Positions 45,295 through 55,978 of a DNA stretch of 64,000 nt are shown in pieces. Positions within the stretch are counted from its first letter, which is position 1. The number at the start of each line of letters is the position of its first letter. The position numbers were made by a program, and so were the translations under genes. Source of the DNA: an uncultured Planctomycetaceae bacterium (GTDB lineage Bacteria; Planctomycetota; Planctomycetia; Planctomycetales; Planctomycetaceae); the NCBI GenBank assembly GCA_963815195.1, contig CAWFGE010000011.1:51756-115755 (forward strand). The letters are read 5' to 3'. The notes under the pieces were generated by a model. The model was not told where the DNA came from, searched no databases, and worked only from the letters and a program-made list of their open reading frames with translations.

Positions 45295-46605
45295 ATGTCA
45301 AACGCCAATTCAGACGACCGCTTAAAGGTCACGGTTGACCAGAACGATCGCAACGCCGCGCACCGAGCAATGACCCAAAATTGGCCGAATCTCGATCCAA
45401 CGAGCAAGGAACATACCGTTTTGCTCGAAAACCTAGCCGAATTCCATAGTATTCTTGGTGACGAAAGCTTTGAACTGCGATACAACTTGCACCCTCCCAA
45501 AGATCGCACGGAAAAATGGAGGAAACAGTTCATGGAGGGGCAATTATCTGAAGAGGAGATGCGGGCTCGGCTGAGGGCAGACGCAGAACGGCCGATTGAC
45601 TTCGAAATGCTGACGACGTTCTGCAATGCATATCAGGACAATCTTGTTCATTACAGTGGTGTATTGCAGACTGCTGTTGTGAACCCAAGCGAAGCTGGTA
45701 GTTCCGTTTATCAAGAAAGGGAAAAGGCAATTGACGAGCACATCGCGGTTCTTCGAGGCAAACTTCCACTGTGGCGTGAGAATCTGGAGACGGTATTCGA
45801 TTTTCTGGAGGAACTGCGAATTGCGTCCGGTGCTGGCCTAATAAAGGTGGGCCAATTCGAGGGCACGTCGGCACACTGGCTAGCGCAACTTGTCTTTACG
45901 CGAATAACGGAGGCTTGGCGTTCTTGTACAGAAATCTCTGAGCGAAGCCACCATGACCCTCGCTACCTATATGCTGCCAATGCGATCGACCTTTTTCAGG
46001 AATCTTGGTGGCAGAGTTTCCCCACCCCCCAGAGCATTGGCGAGCGGCTTCGCGAGGAATTCATACTTGCTCGCGCTGCGCTTAAGCGTATGGAGGCGAG
46101 ACCACTCCCTTTAGACTTGCAGTCACATGAGACTACAACAACTTCTGACAATGTGCATTTGATGGACAACGAGAGTCGCGAGCTTCTCTTGGTCGGAAAC
46201 ATGTTTTCTCTTGTGGCCGCGGCGGGTTATATTTTCCGACCCACGCCAAACTCTGACTGGGGAATCGATGGAGAAATCGAGTTCAAAGACAGCGCAGGAC
46301 GCGCGAACGGACGGCGTCTTTACGTCCAACTAAAATCGGGCGACTCGCACCTCATGCGTCAAAAGAACGGGGATGAGGTGTTCACAATTAAGAATCTGCG
46401 ACACCTGGAGTATTGGAAACAGCACGAATATCCCGTTATGCTCGTGATCCGACAATCAAGTGGATTGATCCGGTGGATGGACGTGAGCGCCTACCTGAAA
46501 AAGCACGTCAACCAAAAAAAACGCCAGATTATTTTTCAGGGAGAGCAATTGACAATCGAAAGTATTCGAAGTGTTGCCGGAAGATGGCTTGAACGGCATG
46601 GTTGA
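45295..46605 (+). CDS. Protein with C-terminal DUF4365 (PD-(D/E)xK-like) domain and unknown N-terminal domain
   Basis: DWGIDGEIEF...YVQLKSG...YW...PVMLV; GAGGGAG RBS; lower GC than the backbone. Confidence 0.8.
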   Translation: MSNANSDDRLKVTVDQNDRNAAHRAMTQNWPNLDPTSKEHTVLLENLAEFHSILGDESFELRYNLHPPKDRTEKWRKQFMEGQLSEEEMRARLRADAERPIDFEMLTTFCNAYQDNLVHYSGVLQTAVVNPSEAGSSVYQEREKAIDEHIAVLRGKLPLWRENLETVFDFLEELRIASGAGLIKVGQFEGTSAHWLAQLVFTRITEAWRSCTEISERSHHDPRYLYAANAIDLFQESWWQSFPTPQSIGERLREEFILARAALKRMEARPLPLDLQSHETTTTSDNVHLMDNESRELLLVGNMFSLVAAAGYIFRPTPNSDWGIDGEIEFKDSAGRANGRRLYVQLKSGDSHLMRQKNGDEVFTIKNLRHLEYWKQHEYPVMLVIRQSSGLIRWMDVSAYLKKHVNQKKRQIIFQGEQLTIESIRSVAGRWLERHG

Positions 46606-46625
46606 CTGAACAGGTTTTAGAAATT

Positions 46626-46650
46626 GTAGGGCAGACGCCTCCCTGCCTAC
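46626..46650. repeat. Single GTAG...CTAC REP-like hairpin
   Basis: GTAGGGCAGACGCCTCCCTGCCTAC. Confidence 0.6.
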
Positions 46651-46688
46651 TCAACGATACATGATTCTTCGATGAACTGGGATGAAGT

Positions 46689-49688
46689 ATGAGAATTCTA
46701 GCCTTCCAACTGGTTGTCTTTTATTTTTTGAATCCCCCACTCTTTGCCGCGAACAAGGACCATCCCCACTCCACCGATCCCAACGTCGTGATCGAACTCT
46801 TCGCCGAGCAGCCGCAGATTGTGACGCCGACGGGGTTGGCGGTGGATGATCGCGGGCGGGTGTTTGTGGCGGAGAGTCATTCGCACTTTCGGCCCGATGA
46901 TTACGATGGGCCGGCGGCGGATCGGATTGTGATCCTCACAGACAGCGACGGCGATGGCAAAGCGGATAAGAAATCGATCTTCCACGAGGGCTACCGCTAC
47001 GTGATGGACCTGGCGTTTCATCCCGATGGGTCGCTGTACGTGGCCACGCGGTGGAACATTCATCGCATGCGGGACACCGATGGCGATGACAAAGCCGACG
47101 AGATTACGCGGATCGTCAACCTGGAAACCAAAGGCGATTACCCGCACAACGGGATTTCCGGGTTGGCGTTTCATGTGGACGGCCGGCTGAGTTTCGGACT
47201 TGGCGAAAACCTGGGGGCCGACTATAAGCTCGTCGGCAGCGACGGGAAACGCTACACCGGCGGCGGCGAAGGCGGCAGCACTTATGAAGTCCAGGCCGAC
47301 GGCACGAAGCTGCACAAGGTCTCGACCGGCTGGTGGAACCCGTTCGGGATGTGCGTGGATGCGTTCGATCGAGTGTTCGGCACCGACAACGATCCCGGCG
47401 CCTCGCCGCCCTGCCGACTGATCCAGGTCATCGAAGGCGGCGACTACGGCTACGAATACCGCTACGGCCGGTCGGGGCTGCATCCCCTCATCAGTTGGAC
47501 CGGCAGCAATCCGGGCAACCTGCCCATGATCTCCGGCACCGGCGAAGCCCCCTGTTCGGTGCTCGCCTACGAGTCCGACGCTCTTCCCAAAAAGTATCTG
47601 GGCCGACTCTTCGTGGCGAGTTGGGCGGATCATCGCATCGAGCATTACAAAATCACGCAGCCCAAAGACCGGGGCCTTGTCACCACGAAGCGGGAGGTGT
47701 TGATCCAGGCTGAAAACGAGTTCCGCCCCGTGGATTTGGCCCTGGCCCCCGACGGCACGGTCTATGTCACCGATTGGGTTTCGAGCAGTTACACCCTCCA
47801 CAAACAGGGCCGGGTGTGGCGGATTCGTCCGAAAGAGATGAAGAAACCACAAAGACCCGAAGAACCGGAGAAGGCCCTGTTAAGTTTGCACCGGCCCCTT
47901 CGCGAAGAGGCCGCCAAAGCAATCGTCGATGGTCTGAAAATCACGGATAAAATTCCCGCAGTCCTCGCAAAATATAAGAGCCCTCGCGCTCGCTCGGCGA
48001 TCGTTCAAGCGATCGCCGCGAAGAAACAGATTGAACTCGATGGGTTGAACGAATGGCTCAAGAAAGAACCCGATGTGCGCGTGCAACAACTGGGCGTGCG
48101 ATTGCTCGGCGAGCGGATGCAGAAATTGGGTTTCATTAAATGGCAAATGGAACTCCAGCGACGAAAGCTGAAAGAGAATATCGATCTCGATTCCCCTGAA
48201 ATCCAGAAGGAAGGATTAGAGCGATTAATCGTCGATGAGAGGTTGCGGGTGGATTTCAGCGAATGGAAAACGCCGCCGGAACTTTCAGTGAAGGCAATGG
48301 CCATTCTGTCGGGGGCGACCATGCTCCAGGGAAAAGACATTGCGACTTGGCGTAAAAGAAAGGATCCCTTGTTGTTTCAGGCAATTGTGATGGCCTGGCG
48401 GGTTTTTAACGTTGACTGGGCAAGCGTCGAACCCGAGACCAATCGTGAGCAAAATCGGGATGATGCTTTGTTATTCGGAATGGTCGCAGCTCGAAAGGGG
48501 GGCGGTGTGCCTTTATTGATGTGGGAGAAATCGCGGGATGAGACTCTTGCGGAGACTCTCAAAAGTTTGCGTGGCGACGTTCGCTTTCTGGCCATCAAGT
48601 GGATTGCCGACGAGCAGATCAAAGAGCTACGCCCGGATCTGGTGAAGCTCTTGGATGATCCGAAACTGAGCTACCGCAACTTTCGGGCGGTGGCGGCGGC
48701 GATTGATCGGGTGGACGGCAAACCGCCGGCCGATCACCCGGCTCCGGAGTTCTTGCTCGATCGAATCACGGCGAAAAACCCGCCGGCGAATTTGCTCAAG
48801 CTCTCGCTGCGGGAAATCGATCCCGGCTTCAAGAAGCTCAAACTCGAACATCTAATTCCGCTCCTAAAGCATGCGGACTTGAGCGTGCGGCTCGAAGCGA
48901 TTCGCACCCTGGCCCGGTTGCCGGACGCGAAGCGGTTTAAGCCGCTCACAGAAATCGCGAAGGATGAGTCGCAGCCATTGGAGCACCGCGCGACGGCGAT
49001 TGCGGGCTTGGCCGATGGGCCGCCGGAAACCGTGGAGACATTACTAACAATCGCTACAGGGCCGGAAAAACGTTTGCGGGACGAAGCCCTCCGATCGTTG
49101 GTGGGTAATAAACTGAATGCAAAGCAGCGGGAACGGTTGGAATCTGTCGGAGAAAATGTACCGGGAGTTCGGCGATTGCTGGCGAATTCTCTTGGACCAA
49201 AACCCGATGTGCAGAACCTTGGCGATTGGCAGAAATTCCTGGATGGTTCCAGCGATGCCGCGGCCGGGGAGCGGATATTCTTTGGGACCAAAGTCGGCAC
49301 CTGTTCCCGCTGCCATCAGATCAACGGCCGGGGCACCGCGGTGGGGCCGGATTTGACGCAGATCGCCCGGCGACTCGATGCACAGGGGCCCGAGAAAATC
49401 GATTGGCTCTTAAAGACGATCCTGCGGCCCAGCGAGGACATGGCTCCCCAGTACACGCCTTGGATCATCCTCACCAAGGATGGCAAAACGCTGACCGGCT
49501 TGCCCCGCCGGAAGGGAGGCAATCAGGAAGCTTACCTGGGCATCGACGGCAAGGAGTTCACCGTCAAGAAACCCGACATCGAGTTTCACAAGGAATCGGG
49601 CACCTCGCTGATGCCCAAGGATTTGCTCTTAAACCTGACCGACCAGGAACTCCGCGACCTGTTTGCGTTTTTGCTTCAACCGCGCTGA
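46689..49688 (+). CDS. PVC-type heme-binding CxxCH protein (beta-propeller dehydrogenase-like, HEAT repeats, cytochrome c)
   Basis: ELFAEQPQIVTP, DSDGDGKAD, FRPVDLALAPDG, CSRCH, GPDLT and SLMP motifs. Confidence 0.9.
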   Translation: MRILAFQLVVFYFLNPPLFAANKDHPHSTDPNVVIELFAEQPQIVTPTGLAVDDRGRVFVAESHSHFRPDDYDGPAADRIVILTDSDGDGKADKKSIFHEGYRYVMDLAFHPDGSLYVATRWNIHRMRDTDGDDKADEITRIVNLETKGDYPHNGISGLAFHVDGRLSFGLGENLGADYKLVGSDGKRYTGGGEGGSTYEVQADGTKLHKVSTGWWNPFGMCVDAFDRVFGTDNDPGASPPCRLIQVIEGGDYGYEYRYGRSGLHPLISWTGSNPGNLPMISGTGEAPCSVLAYESDALPKKYLGRLFVASWADHRIEHYKITQPKDRGLVTTKREVLIQAENEFRPVDLALAPDGTVYVTDWVSSSYTLHKQGRVWRIRPKEMKKPQRPEEPEKALLSLHRPLREEAAKAIVDGLKITDKIPAVLAKYKSPRARSAIVQAIAAKKQIELDGLNEWLKKEPDVRVQQLGVRLLGERMQKLGFIKWQMELQRRKLKENIDLDSPEIQKEGLERLIVDERLRVDFSEWKTPPELSVKAMAILSGATMLQGKDIATWRKRKDPLLFQAIVMAWRVFNVDWASVEPETNREQNRDDALLFGMVAARKGGGVPLLMWEKSRDETLAETLKSLRGDVRFLAIKWIADEQIKELRPDLVKLLDDPKLSYRNFRAVAAAIDRVDGKPPADHPAPEFLLDRITAKNPPANLLKLSLREIDPGFKKLKLEHLIPLLKHADLSVRLEAIRTLARLPDAKRFKPLTEIAKDESQPLEHRATAIAGLADGPPETVETLLTIATGPEKRLRDEALRSLVGNKLNAKQRERLESVGENVPGVRRLLANSLGPKPDVQNLGDWQKFLDGSSDAAAGERIFFGTKVGTCSRCHQINGRGTAVGPDLTQIARRLDAQGPEKIDWLLKTILRPSEDMAPQYTPWIILTKDGKTLTGLPRRKGGNQEAYLGIDGKEFTVKKPDIEFHKESGTSLMPKDLLLNLTDQELRDLFAFLLQPR

Positions 49689-51016
49689 AAAGTCGCGGCC
49701 ATCGTTGGAAGGTCGGATGATATTTCGGGCACCGCCGGCGTGCTCCAAAAGCGGACGACGTCGGCGGGCGTTTCGGCGGGGCGGAGGATTCGCATCGGCA
49801 CGCTCGCGGCGGGATCGTAACCGACGACCGCCGGGATGCCGCGATTGCAGTGGCGGGACCACAAACTCAGGGTATAAGCCCCCGTGTCGCGAATGGCGAT
49901 CCAATCGCCTTCTTCGATTTCGGGCAACAGAACCTCGCGGGCGATGATGTCCCCGGAAAAACACAACGGGCCGGTGATTGTTACGGGAACCATTGGACCG
50001 GTTTTCAGTCGGCCTTCGGCATCGAGCACGAAGAACTCGTGGGACCAATCTTCGGGGCGATACACCGGACGCAATAGAAAGTCGGCCCCCAGATGGATCA
50101 CGGCCATTCGCTGCTGCGGCCGGATGGTTTCCACGCGGCTGAAGGCGATGCCGCAGCCGGCTTGAATCGAGCGGCCGAACTCGGTGATGAGCTGTCTGCT
50201 TTCGGAAAACAGTTCCGGGACATCGCGCTTTAACCGCTGCCCATATTCGCGGGGCGATTTTGCGGATTGGTTTTGATGATACACCGCAGGCAGACCGCCG
50301 CCGATGTCGAGGAACTCCAGCGACAGCCCGGTGGTGAATTCAATCTCCTGCCGCAAGCCGTTCACCCGGGCCGCGGCTTCTGTTAACAGATCCAAACTGC
50401 ATCCCTGTGAACCGACATGAACGTGCAAACCCGTCAGCCAGGGGGAGCGCAAAAACGCGGCGACGATTTCCTCGCGGTTTGCAGAAATCGAAACGCCGAA
50501 CTTGGAACCCGCCTGGCCCACGCTCGTGTGCGAGATGGTTCCCGATCCCACTTCGGGATTGATTCGCAGGCCGATTTTCGATTTGGTGGACGATGTTTGC
50601 AGGATCTGTTCGATGCGGTCTAGCTCGGCGAAGTTGTCCGCATTGAGCACGACGCCCCACCCTAGGGCGTCGCGAATTTCGTTAAGAGTCTTCGCGGGCG
50701 AGTCGAACACGATCCGCTCCGGCGGGCAATCCGCGGCGACGGCCAGAGACACTTCTTCGATGCTCGCCGCTTCCAGCCCGGCCCCGGCTTTCACCGCTTC
50801 GCGCAGAACTTCGACCAGCGGATTGGCTTTGATGGCGAGGGCATGCAGCGTGCCTTTGGGAAACGCAGCGTACAACTGAGCGATCCGCGATCGCATTCGC
50901 CCGAGATCATGCACCAACAGCGACCGCGTGGTTTCGGTCAAGAATCCCAACTCGGCGGCGGTTTGCCAGATGTGCTCTGCGTCCGCCGGGCTGATGCGTT
51001 CGTGAAAATCGCTCAT
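49676..51016 (-). CDS. LysA-like group IV (fold-type III PLP) amino acid decarboxylase
   Basis: AIKANP, HVHVGSQ, DIGGG, EFGR, GPLCFSGD and TGAY motifs. Confidence 0.88.
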   Translation of the reverse strand: MSDFHERISPADAEHIWQTAAELGFLTETTRSLLVHDLGRMRSRIAQLYAAFPKGTLHALAIKANPLVEVLREAVKAGAGLEAASIEEVSLAVAADCPPERIVFDSPAKTLNEIRDALGWGVVLNADNFAELDRIEQILQTSSTKSKIGLRINPEVGSGTISHTSVGQAGSKFGVSISANREEIVAAFLRSPWLTGLHVHVGSQGCSLDLLTEAAARVNGLRQEIEFTTGLSLEFLDIGGGLPAVYHQNQSAKSPREYGQRLKRDVPELFSESRQLITEFGRSIQAGCGIAFSRVETIRPQQRMAVIHLGADFLLRPVYRPEDWSHEFFVLDAEGRLKTGPMVPVTITGPLCFSGDIIAREVLLPEIEEGDWIAIRDTGAYTLSLWSRHCNRGIPAVVGYDPAASVPMRILRPAETPADVVRFWSTPAVPEISSDLPTMAATFQRG

Positions 51017-52564
51017 GGCATGGTTTCTGGGAGGAGCATCTCGGCGGGCACGCGCTCGGCCGCGAGGTATTCCACCTTCCGGCGAAGACCATTCAGTTGC
51101 GTCCGCAGCCAATCGAGCCGGGCTTCCAGGGATTCGCCGAGCGATTGGTCCGTGGCCATGCGGACGATCAGTTCCCCGCCCAAGGCGATCCGCAGTGCGG
51201 CCGAGCCGTCTTCAAAAGGCACGGGTTGGCCGACGTGGAATTGTTGGGACATTGCGCGCGCCGGGAGTGTCGGATAGGCGTTTTGCACATCGGTGTTGAG
51301 TTCGCGGTGGAAGGTTTTGAGTTCCTTGAGGTCCAACGCCTGCCCGCCCGCTTCGACTTGAAACGAAAACACGGTCGTCTTGGATTCGAGCAGGCGGGTG
51401 TGCGAATCGTCCTGGATCGGCGGAAAGACCGGCATCAGGCGAATGCTGTGGGAGCCCGCGAAAATCCGCGGCACGGCTTCCTCGAACGCCCGCAGGATCG
51501 CGAGCCGAGCTTGGCTGGAGACTTCGTAATAGGCATCGATCTCCGCGAGGGCGGCTTCCCAGCGAAGGAGCGCCCATAGTTCGGCCAGTCCGTCAAATGT
51601 GCGCGGATTCTGCGGCCAGGATTCCGGGATCGCGGCGGCGTTGAAATATTGATCGAACGCGCCGGGCAGTCGGGTGATGCCCCGCGGCTCCGGCTGCCAA
51701 TGCGGCGGGACGAACAGCGCCCCGGAAAACGCCGGTCCGCCGTAGAATTTCGATCCGGTGAACATCACCAGATGGCCTTGGCGGAGCACATCGCAGAGTC
51801 CGCGTCGGCTGACGCGCCCCTGGGCGGCATCGATGACGACGGTCACTTCCGGCGCGAGCTTTCGCATCATGCGATCCACGCATTCCAGGCTCGGGGCGTG
51901 CATGCCCGTCTTGCTGTGGGCGACCAGATGCAAGAGCACGTGCGCTTCCTCGCCGGCAGCCTCTGACACCATCTCGGTCACCAGGGCATCGAGGTAAAAC
52001 TCATTAAGCATCTCGCCCCGCTCATCGCGGATGTTGACGGTCTGGACGGAAACTCTCTCGGCAAGTTCCGGACAAACCGGAGTGCCGGCCGTCACTTCGC
52101 CGCCGCGGGGAATGAGGTGATCGTAATGCAGACCGGCGGCGGCTTGGGGCGTGCCGCTGCCGACTTCGGTCGGGCCGACAATGATGTTGACGATGGGGCG
52201 TTCATGTCCGCCTGCCGCGAGCGCTGAAAGCCAGTAACTCCGCATCGGTCCCGGACGGGCAGAAGGCGACTTCCACGCCTTTGGGGAGTTCCATTTGCGA
52301 TTTCAGGCGGCCGCGATGTTGGCGGGAGATTTTTTTCGCGGCGAGCGCGGGATCCTCGGCCTGCCGGAGTTTTTCGAGAAGCCGTTTCGCCGCCTGGATG
52401 CCCCGCGCGGACGGCGTCGAACAGGTGCACGAACCGAAGGCCGCTGCGCCGCGAAGCTGCGGGCTGCAGCCGTAGCGGTTGAGTCCATCGTCCCCGATCA
52501 AGAGCCGGCTGTCGCCGCCGGCGGTGATGAGTTCTTCATAGCGAAGTTCGAGCGAGTTCTGCAC
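51013..52564 (-). CDS. Uncharacterised fold-type I PLP-dependent enzyme; frameshift near 52235 and a compensating pair at ~51575-51610
   Basis: GGDSRL...NRYGC, PSGTDAE, DAAQGR and TGSKFYGGPAFSGAL motifs. Confidence 0.75.
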
Positions 52565-52622
52565 GAGCGGCTTCCCCGTTATGATTTCGCGGACAATCCA
52601 GGCGGCCCACCGGGTCGATGGG

Positions 52623-53894
52623 CTATTTGGCCGAAGAGGCCGCTTCGGGAGTCTCGGCTTGAAACGCCGCCTGCACTTCTTGGGGATCGATCTCCTCGGC
52701 CGCGGGTTGGGCACCGGCGTTCTGCCGCTGAAGAAGCTGCGCAAAATTCTCCCGGAGAGCCTGGGAACGCCGGGCTCGGGCCTTGGCTTTCTTTTGTTTT
52801 TGGATTTCTTTGGCGCTGTCGATGAACCGCTTATAGCGTCCTTGAAGAAGGCCGCTCTCAAAGCAGAGTTGCTCCATGATCGGATCGCCGCCGTCGCCTT
52901 CGAGTTCGACCAACACCGGCCCACGGTCTGTGAGGGCCACGTCCCAGCCTTGGAAATAACATTCGGGCAGATTCACCGCCGCCCGCAGAACGATTTCCCG
53001 CATCGCCTCCCATTCGGGGAATTTCAGGTCCTCGAAACTCGCTCCGGTATTGGGATGCTTGGTGATCGGCTCGGTTCCGTCTTTCGTTCGGCGAAGCGTT
53101 TTCACGACGCGGCCGGTCTGCACGTCAATCCCTGCCAGGATGTTTCCCGTCCGCCAGAAATTGTCGGCCCCGTTGCCCACGGGGATCTTCCAGGAGGCCC
53201 TGAGCAGCTCGCAGCCATCGCAGTCCGAGAGCACAAACATTCGCACCGTGCTTACGCGGTCGCCGATGATCGGGACAATCGACGGGTGCGGCTTCAAGAG
53301 CGTTTGGAACTGGTATTGAAAGCCGAGCGCTTCGATCTGGTCGATGTAATCGTTGAGCCGGATGGTTTGCCCGCTGGAAAGCACCAGGCAATCATCTTTT
53401 GGGTTGTAGCGGGCGATGTTTGCGGTGCCCAGGCTGCAAGCGCTGTCGAACGGCTTGCCGAAGATGGGATACTTGGCCTGATGGCGGAAGAAACCTTTAA
53501 TCTGATCGCGGCTTCGCAGGGCCCGGGCGGAGCCGAAGTTTCGCGTGGGATGCACGATGGCCTGCATCTCCGGCACGGGTAGTTCGAGGCCCTTTAAGAG
53601 GGCGGTGAGCATTGGTTTGTCGTTGACGATTTCCGGCCAGGGCGAATGGATCGTGGGGCCGGCGATGCCCACGAAGGTCCGCTTGACCTCCGGCGTGTAG
53701 CGATTGTCGTCGTACAACTGATACATGAAATATTCTTGGGCCTGGAGCTTGCCCGGCCCGAACATCAACGAGCACATTTCCCGCATGAGCGAGCCCAGCC
53801 CTTTGCCGGCATGGGCGGCCTGGCGGAGCCATTTGATGTAGTTCAAAGCGGGAGTCGCGCGTTTGGTGTCGAGGGCGAAGTTGTTCGTGGACAT
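52623..53894 (-). CDS. Sugar-transfer-associated ATP-grasp (ATPgrasp_ST-like) ligase
   Basis: NDK..., FGKP, QTLLKPHP, STVR, ADNF, HPNTG and GWDVALTDRGPVLVELE motifs. Confidence 0.85.
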   Translation of the reverse strand: MSTNNFALDTKRATPALNYIKWLRQAAHAGKGLGSLMREMCSLMFGPGKLQAQEYFMYQLYDDNRYTPEVKRTFVGIAGPTIHSPWPEIVNDKPMLTALLKGLELPVPEMQAIVHPTRNFGSARALRSRDQIKGFFRHQAKYPIFGKPFDSACSLGTANIARYNPKDDCLVLSSGQTIRLNDYIDQIEALGFQYQFQTLLKPHPSIVPIIGDRVSTVRMFVLSDCDGCELLRASWKIPVGNGADNFWRTGNILAGIDVQTGRVVKTLRRTKDGTEPITKHPNTGASFEDLKFPEWEAMREIVLRAAVNLPECYFQGWDVALTDRGPVLVELEGDGGDPIMEQLCFESGLLQGRYKRFIDSAKEIQKQKKAKARARRSQALRENFAQLLQRQNAGAQPAAEEIDPQEVQAAFQAETPEAASSAK

Positions 53895-54215
53895 GGAGTG
53901 ATTCCTTGGGTTGGAAACCGATCGCTGTTTCGCCGGCTCCATCAGCCGCCGGCACAACGTTCCGACGCGGACGGCCCGCTGAGAATTCCGCGCGGAAAGG
54001 AAGCTGTTGCGAAAAGACCACGCAACTCTAGCTTGCAAATTCCCGGCAAGCCGACGATGCCGGTCCCGTAAGCTTCGCGGGAGACCCAAGTGCTCCGGTG
54101 CTGCGGGTTATGCCGGTGCTGAGCGAGACGCCGTTCGACAAAGAATTGAGCGGCCCGGCGCTAGCCGCCGGTTTTTGCGCGAAGAACCGGCGGCTAGCGC
54201 CCAGCCGCTCACCCC

Positions 54216-55112
54216 TTACACCGGCGCAGATGGTTTCCATCAGCCAATGATTGAGCTGGTTGAGCCGGAGCGGAGTCGGCCGGCCTGCGTTCTCGTCTTG
54301 CTCTGTCGCGAGGTTCAATCCAGCCGCCCGCCAGAGTCTGAGGTTTTGCTGCTCGGCCTCGGTGTTGATTGCGGAGGAGGACAGCGTGAGAAACACCCGC
54401 CGATCGCGGAGTTCGGGATGGAAGGACGATTTTGGATCAAACGCCGGCAACTCGCCGCCCAAGGCGAACACGCCCGCGAACCACTCCGGCCGGTTTAATA
54501 GGAGCCGAAGGGCCGCGTTCGCTCCGCTGCCCGATCCCGCGAGAAACACCCGCTCGCTGTGGATGTGGAATGTCCGCCGAACTTCGCAGACGGTCTCGAA
54601 GAGTTCGCGTTCCAGCCTCGAAAAGCCGTCGGCCTCCAACGGCCAGTCCCAGCCGCCCGCGCCGCGTTCCCCGCCGACATCGGGCCTTGAAGCGAAAGCC
54701 CGAACGCGTTCCGCTCGCTGACCCTCGGCATCAACGACAGCCATTCCTCCTCATCCCCGCCGGCATCGTGGAACCAGACGACGAGCGGATAGGGATAGTT
54801 CGGTTCGTATTTTTCGGGAATGAACAAGCCCGCCCGAGCCCCCGCCGGGTGCAAATCCTCGACCAGGCACGCGTGCGGACCGTCGTCGATTGGCTCATCG
54901 TCCAACTCGTCCAGAACGGTTTCATCGACGAAATGCCTGAGGATGTCCTCGTTGGGCTCCGCCGGGGCCAGAGGCTCCCAGTCGTGGCCCAGCGAAAGTC
55001 CGTAGGGCGCGAGGCGTCCCAAATCCCGCGGGCGGGACGCGTCCCAGCGGTAAGCGGGTTCGGTCTCCAGGTTTCGTCCGGACCAAAAATCGTGGGGGAA
55101 ACGTTGTGTCAT
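54216..55112 (-). CDS. Alpha/beta hydrolase (phospholipase/carboxylesterase-like); frameshift near 54670; 3' end uncertain
   Basis: [17 protein letters not shown], then in a shifted frame [15 protein letters not shown]...RPEWFAGV. Confidence 0.75.
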
Positions 55113-55978
55113 TGGAGGCGGCTCCCTGAAAGATCGGCGAGCGAGGCGAATCGTTGAGCGTTCCGAACCCGATCGGCAGACAGAACCAAACCGGCTGCCG
55201 AGACGTGATATTTTGCAACTCGAAGCGGCTGGGTGGCACGCCCTGAGGAACGAAGGGCGTGGTCTCGAGTACCGCCACGCCCTTCGCTGCGCTCAGGGAC
55301 GTGCCACCCAATCCCCGCCGTCAGGGCGGTGGCTTCGCGGACTTCGGCGATGGGAAACAGTTTTCCCGGGCAGGCGGTGGCTTTGACCTCGCGGTGCCCG
55401 ATGACGTGTTCGCTGTCGATGCGGTAGGCGGTTTTCAGCACGGCCACCAGCCGCTTGACGGACGCCAACTGCGCGGGCGTGGGCGGCTGTTTTTCAAAAT
55501 TGCCGATGAGGGCGATGCCGATGCCGTGCTGATTGTATTCCTCGGCCCCCGCATGGGCACCGTGAAGTTGCTCCCGCCAGCGAAACGTGGGTTCGATTTC
55601 GCCGTCGGGCATGCCGTTGCCGTTGCCGATGACGAAATGATAGCCAATCCCCAGCCATTCCCGCGCGAGGTGGGCTTCGTGAATGCTTTCCACGCTGCCT
55701 TGTTCGGTGGCGGTGTGATGGATAACGATCGAATTCCAATCGCGAACCGGAGCGCTCGGCTTCCAGGGGTTGTCGATGGCGGCGGAGGGTCCGGGTTCGA
55801 TGGGGGAGGGCGAGATGGCGGCCGGTTCCGAAGGCAGGACCCGCGTCGGGGAAAGCATGGACGGCAAAGGCTGGGCGGGCAGAGACAAGGGCGGCGGAAT
55901 CAGGGTGGGCGCGGGACGCATCGGTGCCTGCGGTTGGCAGGCTCCCAACGTTCCGAATACCGCAGCCAGAGAGAACAT
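55109..55978 (-). CDS. N-acetylmuramoyl-L-alanine amidase (Amidase_2), probable lipoprotein
   Basis: LGAC lipobox-like motif; [22 protein letters not shown] and [12 protein letters not shown] motifs. Confidence 0.9.
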   Translation of the reverse strand: MFSLAAVFGTLGACQPQAPMRPAPTLIPPPLSLPAQPLPSMLSPTRVLPSEPAAISPSPIEPGPSAAIDNPWKPSAPVRDWNSIVIHHTATEQGSVESIHEAHLAREWLGIGYHFVIGNGNGMPDGEIEPTFRWREQLHGAHAGAEEYNQHGIGIALIGNFEKQPPTPAQLASVKRLVAVLKTAYRIDSEHVIGHREVKATACPGKLFPIAEVREATALTAGIGWHVPERSEGRGGTRDHALRSSGRATQPLRVAKYHVSAAGLVLSADRVRNAQRFASLADLSGSRLQ

